A DNA stretch of 63,792 bases, filler included, from Reticulomyxa filosa (taxonomy: Eukaryota > Protista > Foraminifera), in the NCBI GenBank assembly GCA_000512085.1. It is 18 parts of 18 records of this genome, joined end to end, with 100 filler letters (N's around TTAATTAATTAA, not from the genome) between each part and the next. Parts side by side here need not be neighbours in the genome. Positions count along the whole stretch, not along the records: positions 11,006 to 14,368 come from ASPP01045384.1; positions 14,469 to 16,082 come from ASPP01028987.1; positions 16,183 to 18,049 come from ASPP01018418.1; positions 18,150 to 22,662 come from ASPP01001042.1; positions 22,763 to 23,896 come from ASPP01040933.1; 13 more parts are not named here. One strand, written 5' to 3'. Positions 11,940 through 23,996 of the stretch are shown one piece after another. The notes beneath the pieces are model-generated. The model was not told the DNA's origin. It worked only from the letters and a program-made list of their open reading frames with translations, and ran no database searches. The stretch's first letter is position 1, and the number at the start of each line of letters is the position of its first letter. Made by a program: the position numbers and the translations under genes.

Positions 11940-14346
11940 TTAATCAACTTATTCAATTGCCGAGAAGTTTTCCTTTTACAAGTCGGCGTTTTCTGCTGCA
12001 ACGTCTGGTTTGTATGTTGCTTGTTCTTCTGGTGCATCTTTTCGGTATCTTCTTCTTGAGGTTCATCATCTTCATCGTCGTCAAAAATGATAATGTCTAA
12101 TTTTAATTATGGATACGGCCATCAAATTTTATTGGTTTCTACAAGCTGAATCCACTGGTCAACAAGGCCGTTTCGAATAACAGCAACACAAAATCATTGA
12201 TTGTCTTGTCGTATGGATCTGCTGCATTGTATATACCTGAAAGATTACAGTAAGTGCGTTAGTTGAAAGAAACGTTATTTTAAAGTGACGTTAGAAAGAC
12301 ACATTGCCTACGATTTATAACAAGAGACAGATAATTGGTACAATGCTGAAACAAGTTTAATCAGTATTTGGTGTATGGATGTTCTGTTTTTTTTACAAAA
12401 ATAGCTTACTTATTCATTTTACTCGCCTTTTAGTTCATACGATTATGACGTGTAGAAATAATTTTTTTTGTTGAACAACTTAATTTTACAATATATACGC
12501 CTACAACATCAGTGGTCAATTTGTGTGTTATAATGTGTGTTTTGTTCCTGCTACTTAAATTGATTAATGATGTGTGGTTTTCCAAAGTTTGATTATCTGA
12601 ATCAAGTCTTCAGATAAGATACGAAGACATATATAAGTTTCCAAACTTAAACGCCTTACTAGTAGAGTTAACTTTGACATTCCGCGTAGATGTGAGTGCA
12701 AGTCTCACAAAGACCTATTAACATTTTTTTTTTCAAAACAAAAGGAAGACAATGATTTATTTTTTTCAAATGATCTCCAATTCAAACGTAGGCAAATTTT
12801 TCTTTTAAGTTACTCACAACCGCGTGGTTCGGGCTGATTTCCATTGTTTTCTTCGACTGCATGTATTGCATCATCGAGTTATTTCTTAAGGCTTGAGCCT
12901 TCATAATTCTTTTCATATTCGCCGACCATCGATATTCCAATGTAACCAAAGAACAATGCGGATAAGTCAACGTAATGTTTTTAGTTTTTTTTTTAAAGAA
13001 GTATACTACTTTTTAAAAAACTAACTTTTTCTTCTCGGTTAATGGTATATCCAAACATTCTTTGGTAACGCAAACCAATTTCTTTCCATCATATTCTCGC
13101 AATGGTTGGGCCGCGGATACGTCGATATGCTCTAAAAATAAAACTTCTAAGTCTATCTTCTTCAATGCTTCCAAAAAACGGCGACAATTCTACATTTACT
13201 CTCGATTCACTGTAATGTAGTAAGTGTGCTTTTGGTTTTCCTTCATTTTGCAAACATATTCTTTGAACGACGTGAGTTCTTCACTAGATTTGATCGAGTG
13301 ATATCTCGCTTTCTTTGGAACAAATAACAACTCAAACATCTTTTTTTTTTGTCTTAAAAAAAAAAAAAGCAGCAACACTTCCACTCCCACCCGTATGTAC
13401 GTATATCCAAAATAAATAAAAAACAAACGCAAAACCTTTTCTTCTTATTTGCTTGTTAACAAGTTAATTTGGAAGGCAACAAACTGCGAGTATTTTTTAA
13501 CAAGTTCTTTTACATTTTTTTTCTTACAAAAGTTTGCGCAATCATCTTTTAAGTATATCTAAGTTCCCCGTTTTATCTGGTACGGGTTATCACTGTCATC
13601 ACGAACCCTGAAAGTGCCGCTTGATGTAATTTTCCACACATGTTGTTCATCCTCGTTGTTACTTCTCACCACCACGCGCTCACTCACTAAATAGACGCTA
13701 TAAAAGCCAACACCAAACTGTCTTATCATTGAAATATCTGCGCCTGCAGATATTGCTTTTATCAATTGTTTTGTGCCACTTTGGGCAATTGTTCCAAGGT
13801 TATTCACAAGATCTTCTTTTGTCATCCAGATCAATGTATATCTTATTATAAACAGTTTTTCATCGGGATTAGGTATAGTCTCATTTTTACATTTTTTTTT
13901 CTTTATCTAACATTTCAGGGTTCGTCAACGATACACATTTTATTTTGTCAAGCGCATTACTCTTATTTGATATTAACTCTCGCAAAAAAATTTCTTTATT
14001 AGAGTAAACGGCATTCATGATTGATCTATTTTTGTCATAAGTATTTGTGTTTTTTTTATTACGTACATAAGTTTTTTTTTTTGTTATACATACATAGGTT
14101 TTTTGTTTTTTTTTTGCGAATTCTTCGCGTAAAGAAATTTCTTAAAAAAAAAAAATCCTCATCAATTGTGCGATATCCGCATTAAATTGAAAAGTCTCAG
14201 CTTATCTGCTCTTTTGCTTCCATTTCTTCATGGGTCTTGGTTTTTTTCTGGGACTCTTTGTTGTTTGCCGTTTCGTCTTGTTGAGGTTTTTCCTCATTTA
14301 CATTTTTTGTTGTTGGCGCGGGTGGGTTCTCATTATTCTCAGTCAT
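11940..14346 (-). pseudogene. HSP90: Cytosolic HSP90 pseudogene, introns retained, many deletions
   Basis: AETFQFNADIAQLM; [31 protein letters not shown]; [15 protein letters not shown]; LLFETALLTSGFSL; terminal IE*VD* (decayed MEEVD). Stops, frameshifts and missing blocks. Confidence 0.93.
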
Positions 14347-15269
14347 TTTTTTTTTCTCAATAAACGAGNNNNNNNNNNNNNNNNNNNNNNNNNNNNNNNN
14401 NNNNNNNNNNNNTTAATTAATTAANNNNNNNNNNNNNNNNNNNNNNNNNNNNNNNNNNNNNNNNNNNNCCAATATTCACACACACACTGATAATTTAATC
14501 TTTGATACCAAACAGGTTTCATTGCTGCAATACCCTTGTAGATTCATTCCTCAATTTTTGCTTTTTCCATTTCCTTTTGTACAATCTTGTTATTGTTATT
14601 AGTTCCATTCACTGTATTTTTTGTTCTTGTTTCTATTCATTATTTCGAACAAAGAGATACAAAATATGTATTAATATAATGACTTTGTATTCTTCAATCC
14701 ATTGATTTTGATTTTTGATTCTAATTTTTTTTATATAATCATGTGTGTTATTAATATAAAAAAATACTTCAACACTATTTGAAACGCAGCAGTATCATTA
14801 AATGGCATTCCAAATTTTAACATAATTATGTTATGGTACATACAATGTTTGTTGTGCTTGGGGATGAAGACAGATTATTGAACTTTTAAAGTTACTTCTA
14901 TTTTTTGTAAATTGAAAATGCATGAATAAAAACTTTGATTTCTATTTTCAATTTAATTATATTAAAATTTGGATTTTATGAAAAGAAATTCAACAAATAC
15001 CTGTAGAAGATTGAAGGATGTGACTGCAAAATTCTAAACAAATTTTTCTAAGTGAGTGTGATTGGGTCAAATAATATTTGGAAAAATTATAATTTATTAA
15101 CAAAAACCATAAAACTCCGACATAGAAAAAAGGCTTCATTTAGATTTTGTATTGTTGAAATATGTGAACGTTTGGAGTAATGATAATCACTATAACAAGC
15201 GACGTGAATAAATCAAAGAAGTTAAACAATTATAATTATTAAATTCTTTTTATGGGCAATTACGATCAT

Positions 15270-15410
15270 CCAATGCCGAATGGATTCACAGAACAATAGC
15301 ATTTGATAATTTTCTTCATTTGTTTCATCATTTCTTGTCCTTGTCCGTTTTTTGAATTTGACACAAAGCAATGATAAAATATTATGTTTAATAAATTGAA
15401 ATGTATTATT
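15270..15410 (-). pseudogene. Fragment of the lineage-expanded Kelch-like propeller family
   Basis: NTFQFIKHN..FYHCFVSNSKNGQGQEMMK..YQMLLFC matches NTFQFVKHD..IFYHC of the paralogue at 56294. Confidence 0.6.
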
Positions 15411-16007
15411 TTATCTCTAACTAAGCAATATCATTTTATTTTCCTTTGTTTTCATTATATCTTGCCCATTTTTGACTTTAATGAAATTGTATCAAATTGT
15501 TAGTGGTAAAACATTATGTTTAATAAATCAGTCTGTATTTAAACCAAACACATTAATTTTATTTTTTGAATAAGTGATAAATAGCAAACATTTTTTTTCA
15601 TCAATCGTTGCATATACTTCTCGATAATTTCTTGGATGATTGTATGCCTGTGAAAGGATTGATTACAATTTTTTGGTTTCTTTCCAATATGAAAAAAAAA
15701 CATTTGTATATGTATAAATAATTGATGTCATTATAAGTTCAATAAGACACAGTTTTGTTTGTAAATACTTTCTCATTACAAAATTTATATTTATTAAATA
15801 AAACAAATTCATTTCAATTTTTTATGGCCCTTAGTGAGCTTAAAAAAAAAAGTTGAAAAGCATCTTTTTCGTCATCTTTGCATCATCAAAGATCATCTCA
15901 AGGAAAAAAAGGAGATACTTTAGCTTAGTAATGGAAGTTTCGTTTAAGTTGTTTTTTTAGGTTTTGGTTATTATTGTTTTTCTCATTTTGCTTTACGATT
16001 AAAACAG

Positions 16008-16082
16008 TCAAAAGAAGAGATCCAAATTATTATCCATTATTGGATTCGAACATTGAACATTAAATTAGGATGGATCAAAGAT
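16008..16082 (+). CDS. Exon encoding the W.R..GWI.DF box, cut by contig end
   Basis: After CAG acceptor: SKEEIQIIIHYWIRTLNIKLGWIKD. Confidence 0.7.
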
Positions 16083-17309
16083 NNNNNNNNNNNNNNNNNN
16101 NNNNNNNNNNNNNNNNNNNNNNNNNNTTAATTAATTAANNNNNNNNNNNNNNNNNNNNNNNNNNNNNNNNNNNNNNNNNNNNTTTTCCCCATCCAATGTC
16201 GTCTCTCATTTTCAAGTTTAACTTTCGAATTATTTTCACTTGAGAAGAGGAAGAGAAAGAGGAAGGAAAAAAAAATTAAACAAAAAAGTAGGTTGTATTT
16301 GCCGCCGAAAATATGTTGCCAATGTCTGCCAACTTTTGACGTCTGTTCGTTGCCTTATCGTATTCTTCTCTATCCACATCAAACTCTTCATCTTAGTCGA
16401 ACAGGATTGAGACAAAAAAAAAAAAAAAAAGGAATGCATTACTCATAAATAATAATAAACCATACAGTTCGAAGGAAAAAAAAAAATATATATATACACT
16501 TTTTTGTTTGCTTGTTAATAGTCAGATTTTGTGAGTTATGTGGGCCAAGTAAAAATAGACAATACAAATACAACGGATACAAAAAATATTCGGTTGACTT
16601 AAAAAAAAAAAACCAAAAAACACACTTGTCTTTAGGTCGACTCACAACCGAAGTGCATAGCGCTATGGAATATAGTCGTGGAAAATCTCCACTGAATAAT
16701 TTATCTTCCTGTTACCGGTCCCATCACCACCCACCCTCCCATCACTTTCAATTACCAAACCAACACATATAACAACAACAAAAAAATATTAGTCCTACAT
16801 CATAAGATAAAAGCAGCTCGTCTTGTTGAAAAGTCCCACGCAAAGCATTTTCCGACAGATTTTGCTCGGTTAATGTATTGCCCATGTTGCTTCGGTCCTA
16901 AAAGTGCTTACTAGATGAACAATTTTTCTTCTCAAAAAAACGAATATATCCAATTGTGAGAGAGATCAAACACCTAGAGAAAAAAAATTGTTCAAATTGC
17001 TGCCAATATGTCGATTGTGTTTTAAAACACACTGAACTTTTCTTAGAAAATGTGTATGTTACTAACTACACCGAACTACTTTTTTTATCAGAAAAACAAA
17101 ACAAAATTACCAACTGATTTTCGTTTTTTTTGACAATCAAAGAAAACACCAAGAACAGCAACAAAGAAGTCAAGTTAAATGTGTTCTCATTTTTTTTTTT
17201 TTTGCATTTGTGTAGAAAACTAGAGACATTTGACCACTTTTTGAAAAAAAAAGAAGGAACACAGTTCAAAAACAAAACGAACTTTATTACTCCAAAATTG
17301 ACCCAACAC

Positions 17310-17975
17310 TTACAAAATGGAACATGGTTCGCAACAAAAGCCTCTCCGTTGTTCGGGGAACTCCAACAATGGCATTTGAGGCTGATATTGCTCTTCAAAC
17401 ACAACTGTTGAGATATTGCCTTGTCTGAAGATTTATAAACAAAAACAACACAAATACAAAGAGTAATTCGTGCTGATATATGCATATATGCACATATATA
17501 GGTATGTATGTGTATATGATAATGAAAAATAAAAATTAACGGGATGACAGTAGCCGCTGGCAAAGTCCCCTCAGGTCTGACGGGTAATTGACTGACGTTA
17601 TTAAGTTTTAAATAATGGCATATTTTGTTACATCGATGAGTACTTAAGAATTTGTCGATACCTTTTTGTCCTAAATTCCCTTTGCCAAAAGATTTGACAT
17701 TTTCCGTAGTGTGTATTTGAGGGTCGGTGTACACATCATTGACACCTTGAATATCGACAACCAAAAGCTTTCCTTTGCTAGCTTCATAAGTGAAGTGTGC
17801 AAACGCCTGAGGAGTGTTTCGAAGGTCCTCCGTATCCACCCATCCACTATTGTTGTTGTGTTTGCGGTACTCCCCTTCGATGAACTTTTCCACGTGGCAA
17901 ACGGGTGACCCTTCTCGTTGCACTAGCTGCAGTACATATGCTTCTAAAAAGTCCACAAGTTTTGGTGGGTTGTCT
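17310..17975 (-). CDS. Alpha-kinase (eEF2K/MHCK family), C-terminal part, ending in a CaaX motif
   Basis: VEKFIEGEYRKHNNNSG; PQAFAHFTYEAS; LLVVDIQGV; YTDPQIH; FGKGNLG; HRCNKIC. A phase-matched GT-AG intron at 17425..17540 leads to a last exon ending RRGFCCEPCSIL*. Confidence 0.93.
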
Positions 17976-19103
17976 ATCATCACGAAAGAAAAGGACACAT
18001 TAAAAAATTTGGAAAGGGGAAGCTTCAAAAAAAAAAAAAAAAAAAAAAANNNNNNNNNNNNNNNNNNNNNNNNNNNNNNNNNNNNNNNNNNNNTTAATTA
18101 ATTAANNNNNNNNNNNNNNNNNNNNNNNNNNNNNNNNNNNNNNNNNNNNAAGAGTTCTTTTTTTTGTCATTGCAAGCAATTAACAATTATAGGAAATGGG
18201 TAATGTGGATGCACAAGAATGTATAATTGAATATAAATTATTTTTTAAAAACTCATTCCAAACAATCACTATCAATAGTTGACAAGTCATTCTTTGTTCG
18301 ATGTTTTTTCATTAATCTTTAATTTTTTTTAACAAATTACTTTTTTTGCAAATATGCAATTAGTCCATAAATATGCTCAAGAAAAAACTTTATCACAATT
18401 TGATGAACAATAAAAGAAAATAAAATAGATAATTTTCTACTATACTTTTCATAATCACCAGCATCTCAGGACCTTTTTTCTTTCAAATGTAATTCAGTAA
18501 GTAAAATGTCCTGATACTTTTCTTTGTCAGTCAAAACGTGTGAAAGAGACTAATTTTTGATTTATTTGTATTTCAAGGTATATTGCAAACTTTTATTTAT
18601 AGATTTAATACGTTTCTTTTCCTAAAAGAAAATTCTACATGATGTTTTTGGGTGTAACATGTTATATATTAACTTCATTCAGATAAAATGAAATTTCATT
18701 TTTAAATATTCTTGTTTTTTTGTATATCTCATCTGTTTATTTTGATACGTATTTGAGTGTTCAACTATTTGGAAAATCAGTATTGTTCTGAATGAAACAA
18801 TCAATGGATTATTACTTAATGCAATCAAGTTACCTATTATATGTTGATTTAATCAACCCTTTTTTTTTCTTCCAAGTTTTTCAAATCAAAAATAGAAGGA
18901 TGAATTAATATCCAATTTAGAAATTGTTTGCAAGTAGCCATTTTTTCTACTCAATTTTATCCTTTCTAACAAAAGTCCACGCCAGAAAAAAAAATAGATT
19001 AAAATTGACTCTTCTTAGTACAAATAATTTGTAGTTTTTATTTTAAAAGTAACAAAAAACTTAATTATTAAACTATTTCAAATTAATTGATAAAGACATA
19101 CAG

Positions 19104-19210
19104 TCAAAAAATGAAATGAAATTTATTATTCAATACTGGCTCGAATTTTAAAGATAAAATTAGGATGGATCGATGATTTTGATAAAATTGTTACGAAGCA
19201 CATTAGCTGA
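19104..19210 (+). pseudogene. Orphan terminal exon encoding the W.R..GWI.DF box (1-nt frameshift)
   Basis: After CAG: SKNEMKFIIQYW/[fs]RILKIKLGWIDDFDKIVTKHIS*. Upstream AT-rich DNA is decayed. Confidence 0.7.
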
Positions 19211-19349
19211 AATAAATTTGAAGAAGTAAAGTTAAAATATAACTTTGTTTTTGATTTTCATAATCATGAAATTTACCAATGTTTTTAATTATTTTCAAAC
19301 ACATTGTATCACTAATTCAATATATCATTAAAACAAATCTCTATCAAAA

Positions 19350-19797
19350 CAAAATGTCCGAAACAAAGACACTGAAAGTGAAAATGAGATTCTGAAAACG
19401 AGTCAGATACAAGAACTCGTAATAATCAAAAAGTACATCTCTACCGACAACAACAATAACAACAATATCAATAACAACAATAATAATAATGACAATGGCA
19501 ATGAAAATAATAACACTCAAAGCAGCCCACATCATCGCCATCAAGCAGCAAAATGGATGAAATGGGATAATACGCAAGAACGTTAAACAGTTTGAGACGC
19601 TGGTGTTCGACCTGAGTGCATGTGCAAGCCAGATAGCGAAGCAGATCCGAGCCAAAGTGGTGAATCCATTGAAGACGTACGAAAGTAAGACGAAGCACGA
19701 ACTTAGTGTGCGTGAGAAGCTGCACGACAGCGCATACGATTTGTACAAGGAACAGTACATACTGACCACGAAAATGCAAGACAGCTGCAAACGCTGA
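19350..19797 (+). pseudogene. GC-richer coding-like fragment (Asn-rich + helical segment)
   Basis: Codon-like island IIRKNVKQFETLVFDLSACASQIAKQIRAKVVNPLKTYE in AT-rich DNA, with stops upstream. Confidence 0.35.
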
Positions 19798-20627
19798 TCG
19801 AAAAAGAACGTCAGTCTTTCCATTTGCTGTGCTTTCTTCATCTTCGTCGCAATCATCATTGTCTTCTGATATTGTTGCAATTGATTTTTTTCTCCTGTTT
19901 CAAAGTTTTTGATAGAGCCAATTCAATGAGAAATATTTTTATAAATATTCCTTTCAGTAGTTCATTAAAAAATTAATAATAAGTAAAACATATTCAATTA
20001 TTGTTCATATAATTGCAAAATCAGACAATTTGAATACCTAACATGGTACGGATCATTTGAGATGATTGAAATGGGGATTATAATTGCTTAATCCTTTCAT
20101 TTTTATTATGCAAATTTAATTTTTTTTTTCTTTCTTTCGATTATACTGCTCATCATTTTAAACACAAAAATAGAAATGAAAAAGAACAGTATCATCACTT
20201 TTTTTCATTGAAAACAATTTTTAGCTTGTTTGCTCGTGTACAAATTATTGATATCATTCAATTAATCGAAAATTATATCATTTGTTTCATCAAAATAAAA
20301 ATTACAGTCACATCAAATAAAATTCATTATTTGGCTGATTTACTTTAACATAATATTGATAATAGTAATTGTGAAATACTTCTATCTGAGATAAATAACT
20401 TTTTTCACAAACAAATTAAAATGATAAATTGATTTGCTTCGCTTTCAAGTGTAAATGCGCGTTGTTCAGTTATGGACCAATTTCCTTTCCGTTTTGTTTT
20501 ACTTTTTTGTTTTCCTAACAGTAACAAAGGTTTGTTTCAACTTTTCTTTCTCGCATGTGTTTAATATGTCTTTGTATTTTGTTTTTTAAACGGGAGTAGT
20601 GTTGTGATTTGATAAATTTCGGTCCAA

Positions 20628-22011
20628 ATGATTTTTATCAATGTGTTCTCCATCTTCTACATAATAGTCTTTTCTTTGATAGTGTTAGTAATTGCAGTTC
20701 AAAATGCAAGAACGCGCAAGTCATTCGACTCGTGTCGTGAGCAAAAAAACGAGAAGGGCAATCCATTGATAGTATGCACCCGATCGTTTGAGCCGATTGG
20801 GGATATTTGGACAGAAATATATTGCATCGAGGCAAAAAGAGAAACCAAAAAAAAAGATAAGAAAGAAACTGGCAAAAAAAGTGATAATCAGAATGATGAC
20901 GACGAACAAGAGGTCGACAATCACCTTGTGTACCTAGTGATCCCGGGGAACCCGGGTATATCAACTGCGTATGTATATTGGTTACAAGAAATGGTACGAC
21001 TGTTTTATGAAAACTTATCAAAAAACGAAACCCAAAAAAAATGGGTCAAAATGACAGCAATGACAATATCACACGCAAACCATTGCATGGATAAAGACAA
21101 CCAAAACAAGCACAAAATATTTACATTGGAAGAGCAAATTCAGCATAAGGTGCAATTTTTGCACTATTTATTTGAGCGCAAGTTCGCAAAACACGCCAAC
21201 ATACAATTTGTTATTGCAGGACATTCCATCGGATCATACATTGCTTTGAAGTGTCTGGATCATTTGCACCAGGCAAATGAAACATGTTTGTAATGGGACA
21301 GAGAGGGGGAGGGATGTACTTGAAAAAAAAAGTTCAATGAATTTTTAAAAAAAAGTAATGATAGAACGTATACACCAAATCCAATTGCTAACCCCAACAG
21401 TGGAAAATATTGGCTTGTCGACAAATGGAGTTCGCTACGGAATGGTGTTTAACAGTGGAATTGTTCGCGATGGACTGTTGTTTTTGATTGGCAATGTTGT
21501 TTTGAAATATGTACCTCGTTATCTAATTTTGAATTGGTTCGTCACTCCTTATTTGTGTCGATCTCTGAAAATTTATCACGACGTTTCCTGTTCCAATGCT
21601 CTCTTGTTGCGCAATGTTGTGTCAATGGCCATTGAAGAGTTTCGAACTGTCGGAGATTTGCAACATTGCTTTGGCAAGGTCTTGCTTCTTTACAAGCACA
21701 AACTCGTCTTTTGTTGGGCATTCAAAGATCATTGGGCTGATGCTTGGATTCGAAACAGTGTTCGAGATTTCTTTGTTGCTCATTGCGACGATGACAAGAA
21801 AAGGACTGACCAAAATCATATTGACAAGGACAGTGACAATGACAGTGATAATCAATTGGATGCCACACACGACCACGACTCTTTGATTCATCAATCTGTT
21901 TTGAAATGGCACGTCGATCCTGGTCTGCATCATAATTTAATCATGACCGACCCTTCCAAGGATTTGGAATTTAAACTTAGCAAAAAACTACTCAAATGGA
22001 TTTATTTGTAA
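20628..22011 (+). CDS. LDAH: Lipid droplet-associated hydrolase (LDAH-like alpha/beta hydrolase), 2 exons
   Basis: VIPGNPG; ISHANH; FTLEEQIQHKVQFL; AGHSIGSY (GxSxG); LLTPTVENIGLSTNG; KDHWA. N-terminal hydrophobic helix; intron at about 21286-21355. Confidence 0.88.
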
Positions 22012-22373
22012 TTCTTTTGTTGTTTTCTCTTATGCAATCTTTCCCTCTTTGGGCAACTTGTTTTTTTTATAAGTCCTTCAAATAGAGTAACTTGATATTG
22101 GAGGGGACGCGTTTTAACTTAATATATATATATCTTTGTTCATCTCGAAACAATCAAAATAATGTTTTTTTTCTTTTCATCAACACGTAATATAAGTTTT
22201 TCCATATCACTGCCGAGCGTTCTTTTTTTACTTTGTTCAGTTTGAAGCTAGAGGTGCAACCGTTAAAAAACTCTTGTTCTTTCGCTAAAACTTGAAAAGT
22301 GTTTTTTCATTGCAAAAGAATAACTTAACATCAATTTATTTTTCAATTTGCAAAACTCTTGATATTTTAAAAT

Positions 22374-22540
22374 ATGGGAAATCAAGCAAGTGATTTGGAC
22401 AAAGCCAAAACGGTGGTAGTGGTAGGCGGAGGATATGCCGGGGGAACAGTGGCAAAGAAGTTGGACGATAGTTTCAATGTGATTTTAATTGACCGAAAGA
22501 ACTACAATTTGCACAATGTAGGTGCACTAAGAGCGTTTCG
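22374..22540 (+). CDS. AIFM2/FSP1-like FAD-dependent oxidoreductase, first exon
   Basis: MGNQAS (N-myristoylation consensus MGxxxS); VVVVGGGYAG (Rossmann fold); VILIDRKNYNLHNVGALRA (AIFM2-type HNVxALRA). Confidence 0.8.
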
Positions 22541-23996
22541 TAACGTGTATTTTTTTTTTTGTGTGATTGTTGAAGGATGCGAATGAATAAACGGCTCTGT
22601 AGAAAAAAAAAGAATATTCCAATCATGCAAAACATACCAAAAAAAAAAAAAAAGATGCGTAGNNNNNNNNNNNNNNNNNNNNNNNNNNNNNNNNNNNNNN
22701 NNNNNNTTAATTAATTAANNNNNNNNNNNNNNNNNNNNNNNNNNNNNNNNNNNNNNNNNNNNAATTTTTAATCACTATAAAAATTAATTTTACTACTAAA
22801 AAAAAAATTTCGGACTTTGACTTGAGGATTCTTGTTGTGTTGAAACGACTTGACTTTTCGACGATTTTGAGATATACGATATACCTGCTTGTTCTAAGTT
22901 TACTTGAAGTGATCTCGAGATAATCTTGATGATTTTTCACGATTATCGTTAATGATGATAATATAAATTTTTTTTTAAATTTACCATCACACGATCAGAA
23001 TTGTTTCATCAGATTCTGCATTCCACAAATTATTTGATGACACAACCGTTTTATCATTTTAATGAAAATTGTGTACTCAACACACTTTTTGAATATCTTA
23101 ACAATTGTTTTATTCATCTTCACTATCCATGTAATTTGTTTTCATTTACAGTATGAAACATTTTTGATCTTGCAAACAAAATTTTACATTCATGTTTGAA
23201 TATTGCACTTGATCTTCTCATAGAAGGATGAAATTTCGTTAACAGAATTATGATCGGATGTCTTTTTTACACACTCAGTTTTTTAGTTGAATTTTTAACT
23301 TGTTCATTCGTTTTTGTTTTTTTTGATAAATTCATGGCAACGAATACAGTTGGCGCTTCGCCACTACATCTTGGTTTAGAAATGAAACAATTTCTATGTG
23401 TAAAAATGATATTAAATTAATCAATGCAATATCAATGGATGCATTGCATTACATTATGTGTTCTTTACGTGATATAAATAATAGTATTGCTTGAAATTGA
23501 ATAATTGTGATGAGATTGTTGAATTAATGATAAAAGCTGAAATTGATACTATAATTAAAATAAAACAGAAAAGATCGCATTTAATATTTAAAAATCTTAA
23601 GTTATCGCTGTTCAGAAATTGCTTGCTGCCAAACAAATAAATAATAATGAAACAACTGATGAAAAAGAAACTGCATACAAAGAAAGCGGGTAATAGCTTA
23701 ACAAAAAAAGGCAACACTTTTTAGAAATGCAAACATACTTGGAGACTCTTAAATTCATCATAATTTTATTGTTGTATTTTCAATTAAAAAATGTATTATT
23801 ATTTATTAATTTATTTGTTATTATGGAGTATTTTATCAAATGCGAAAGCTTGCACCACCAGACTTGGAGACCTCTCTCAAATTCAAAAGAAACGAANNNN
23901 NNNNNNNNNNNNNNNNNNNNNNNNNNNNNNNNNNNNNNNNTTAATTAATTAANNNNNNNNNNNNNNNNNNNNNNNNNNNNNNNNNNNNNNNNNNNN

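Noticed and set aside
16183-16890. Small minus-strand gene starting MGNTLTEQ
   Set aside because: Coding-like pieces exist, but I could not build a stop-free spliced model or assign a family.
19560-19797. F-BAR domain call
   Set aside because: Only a short helical resemblance (IRAKVVNPLK); too little to assign.
22763-23896. Possible eroded WD40 gene
   Set aside because: Too degenerate to read a complete repeat.
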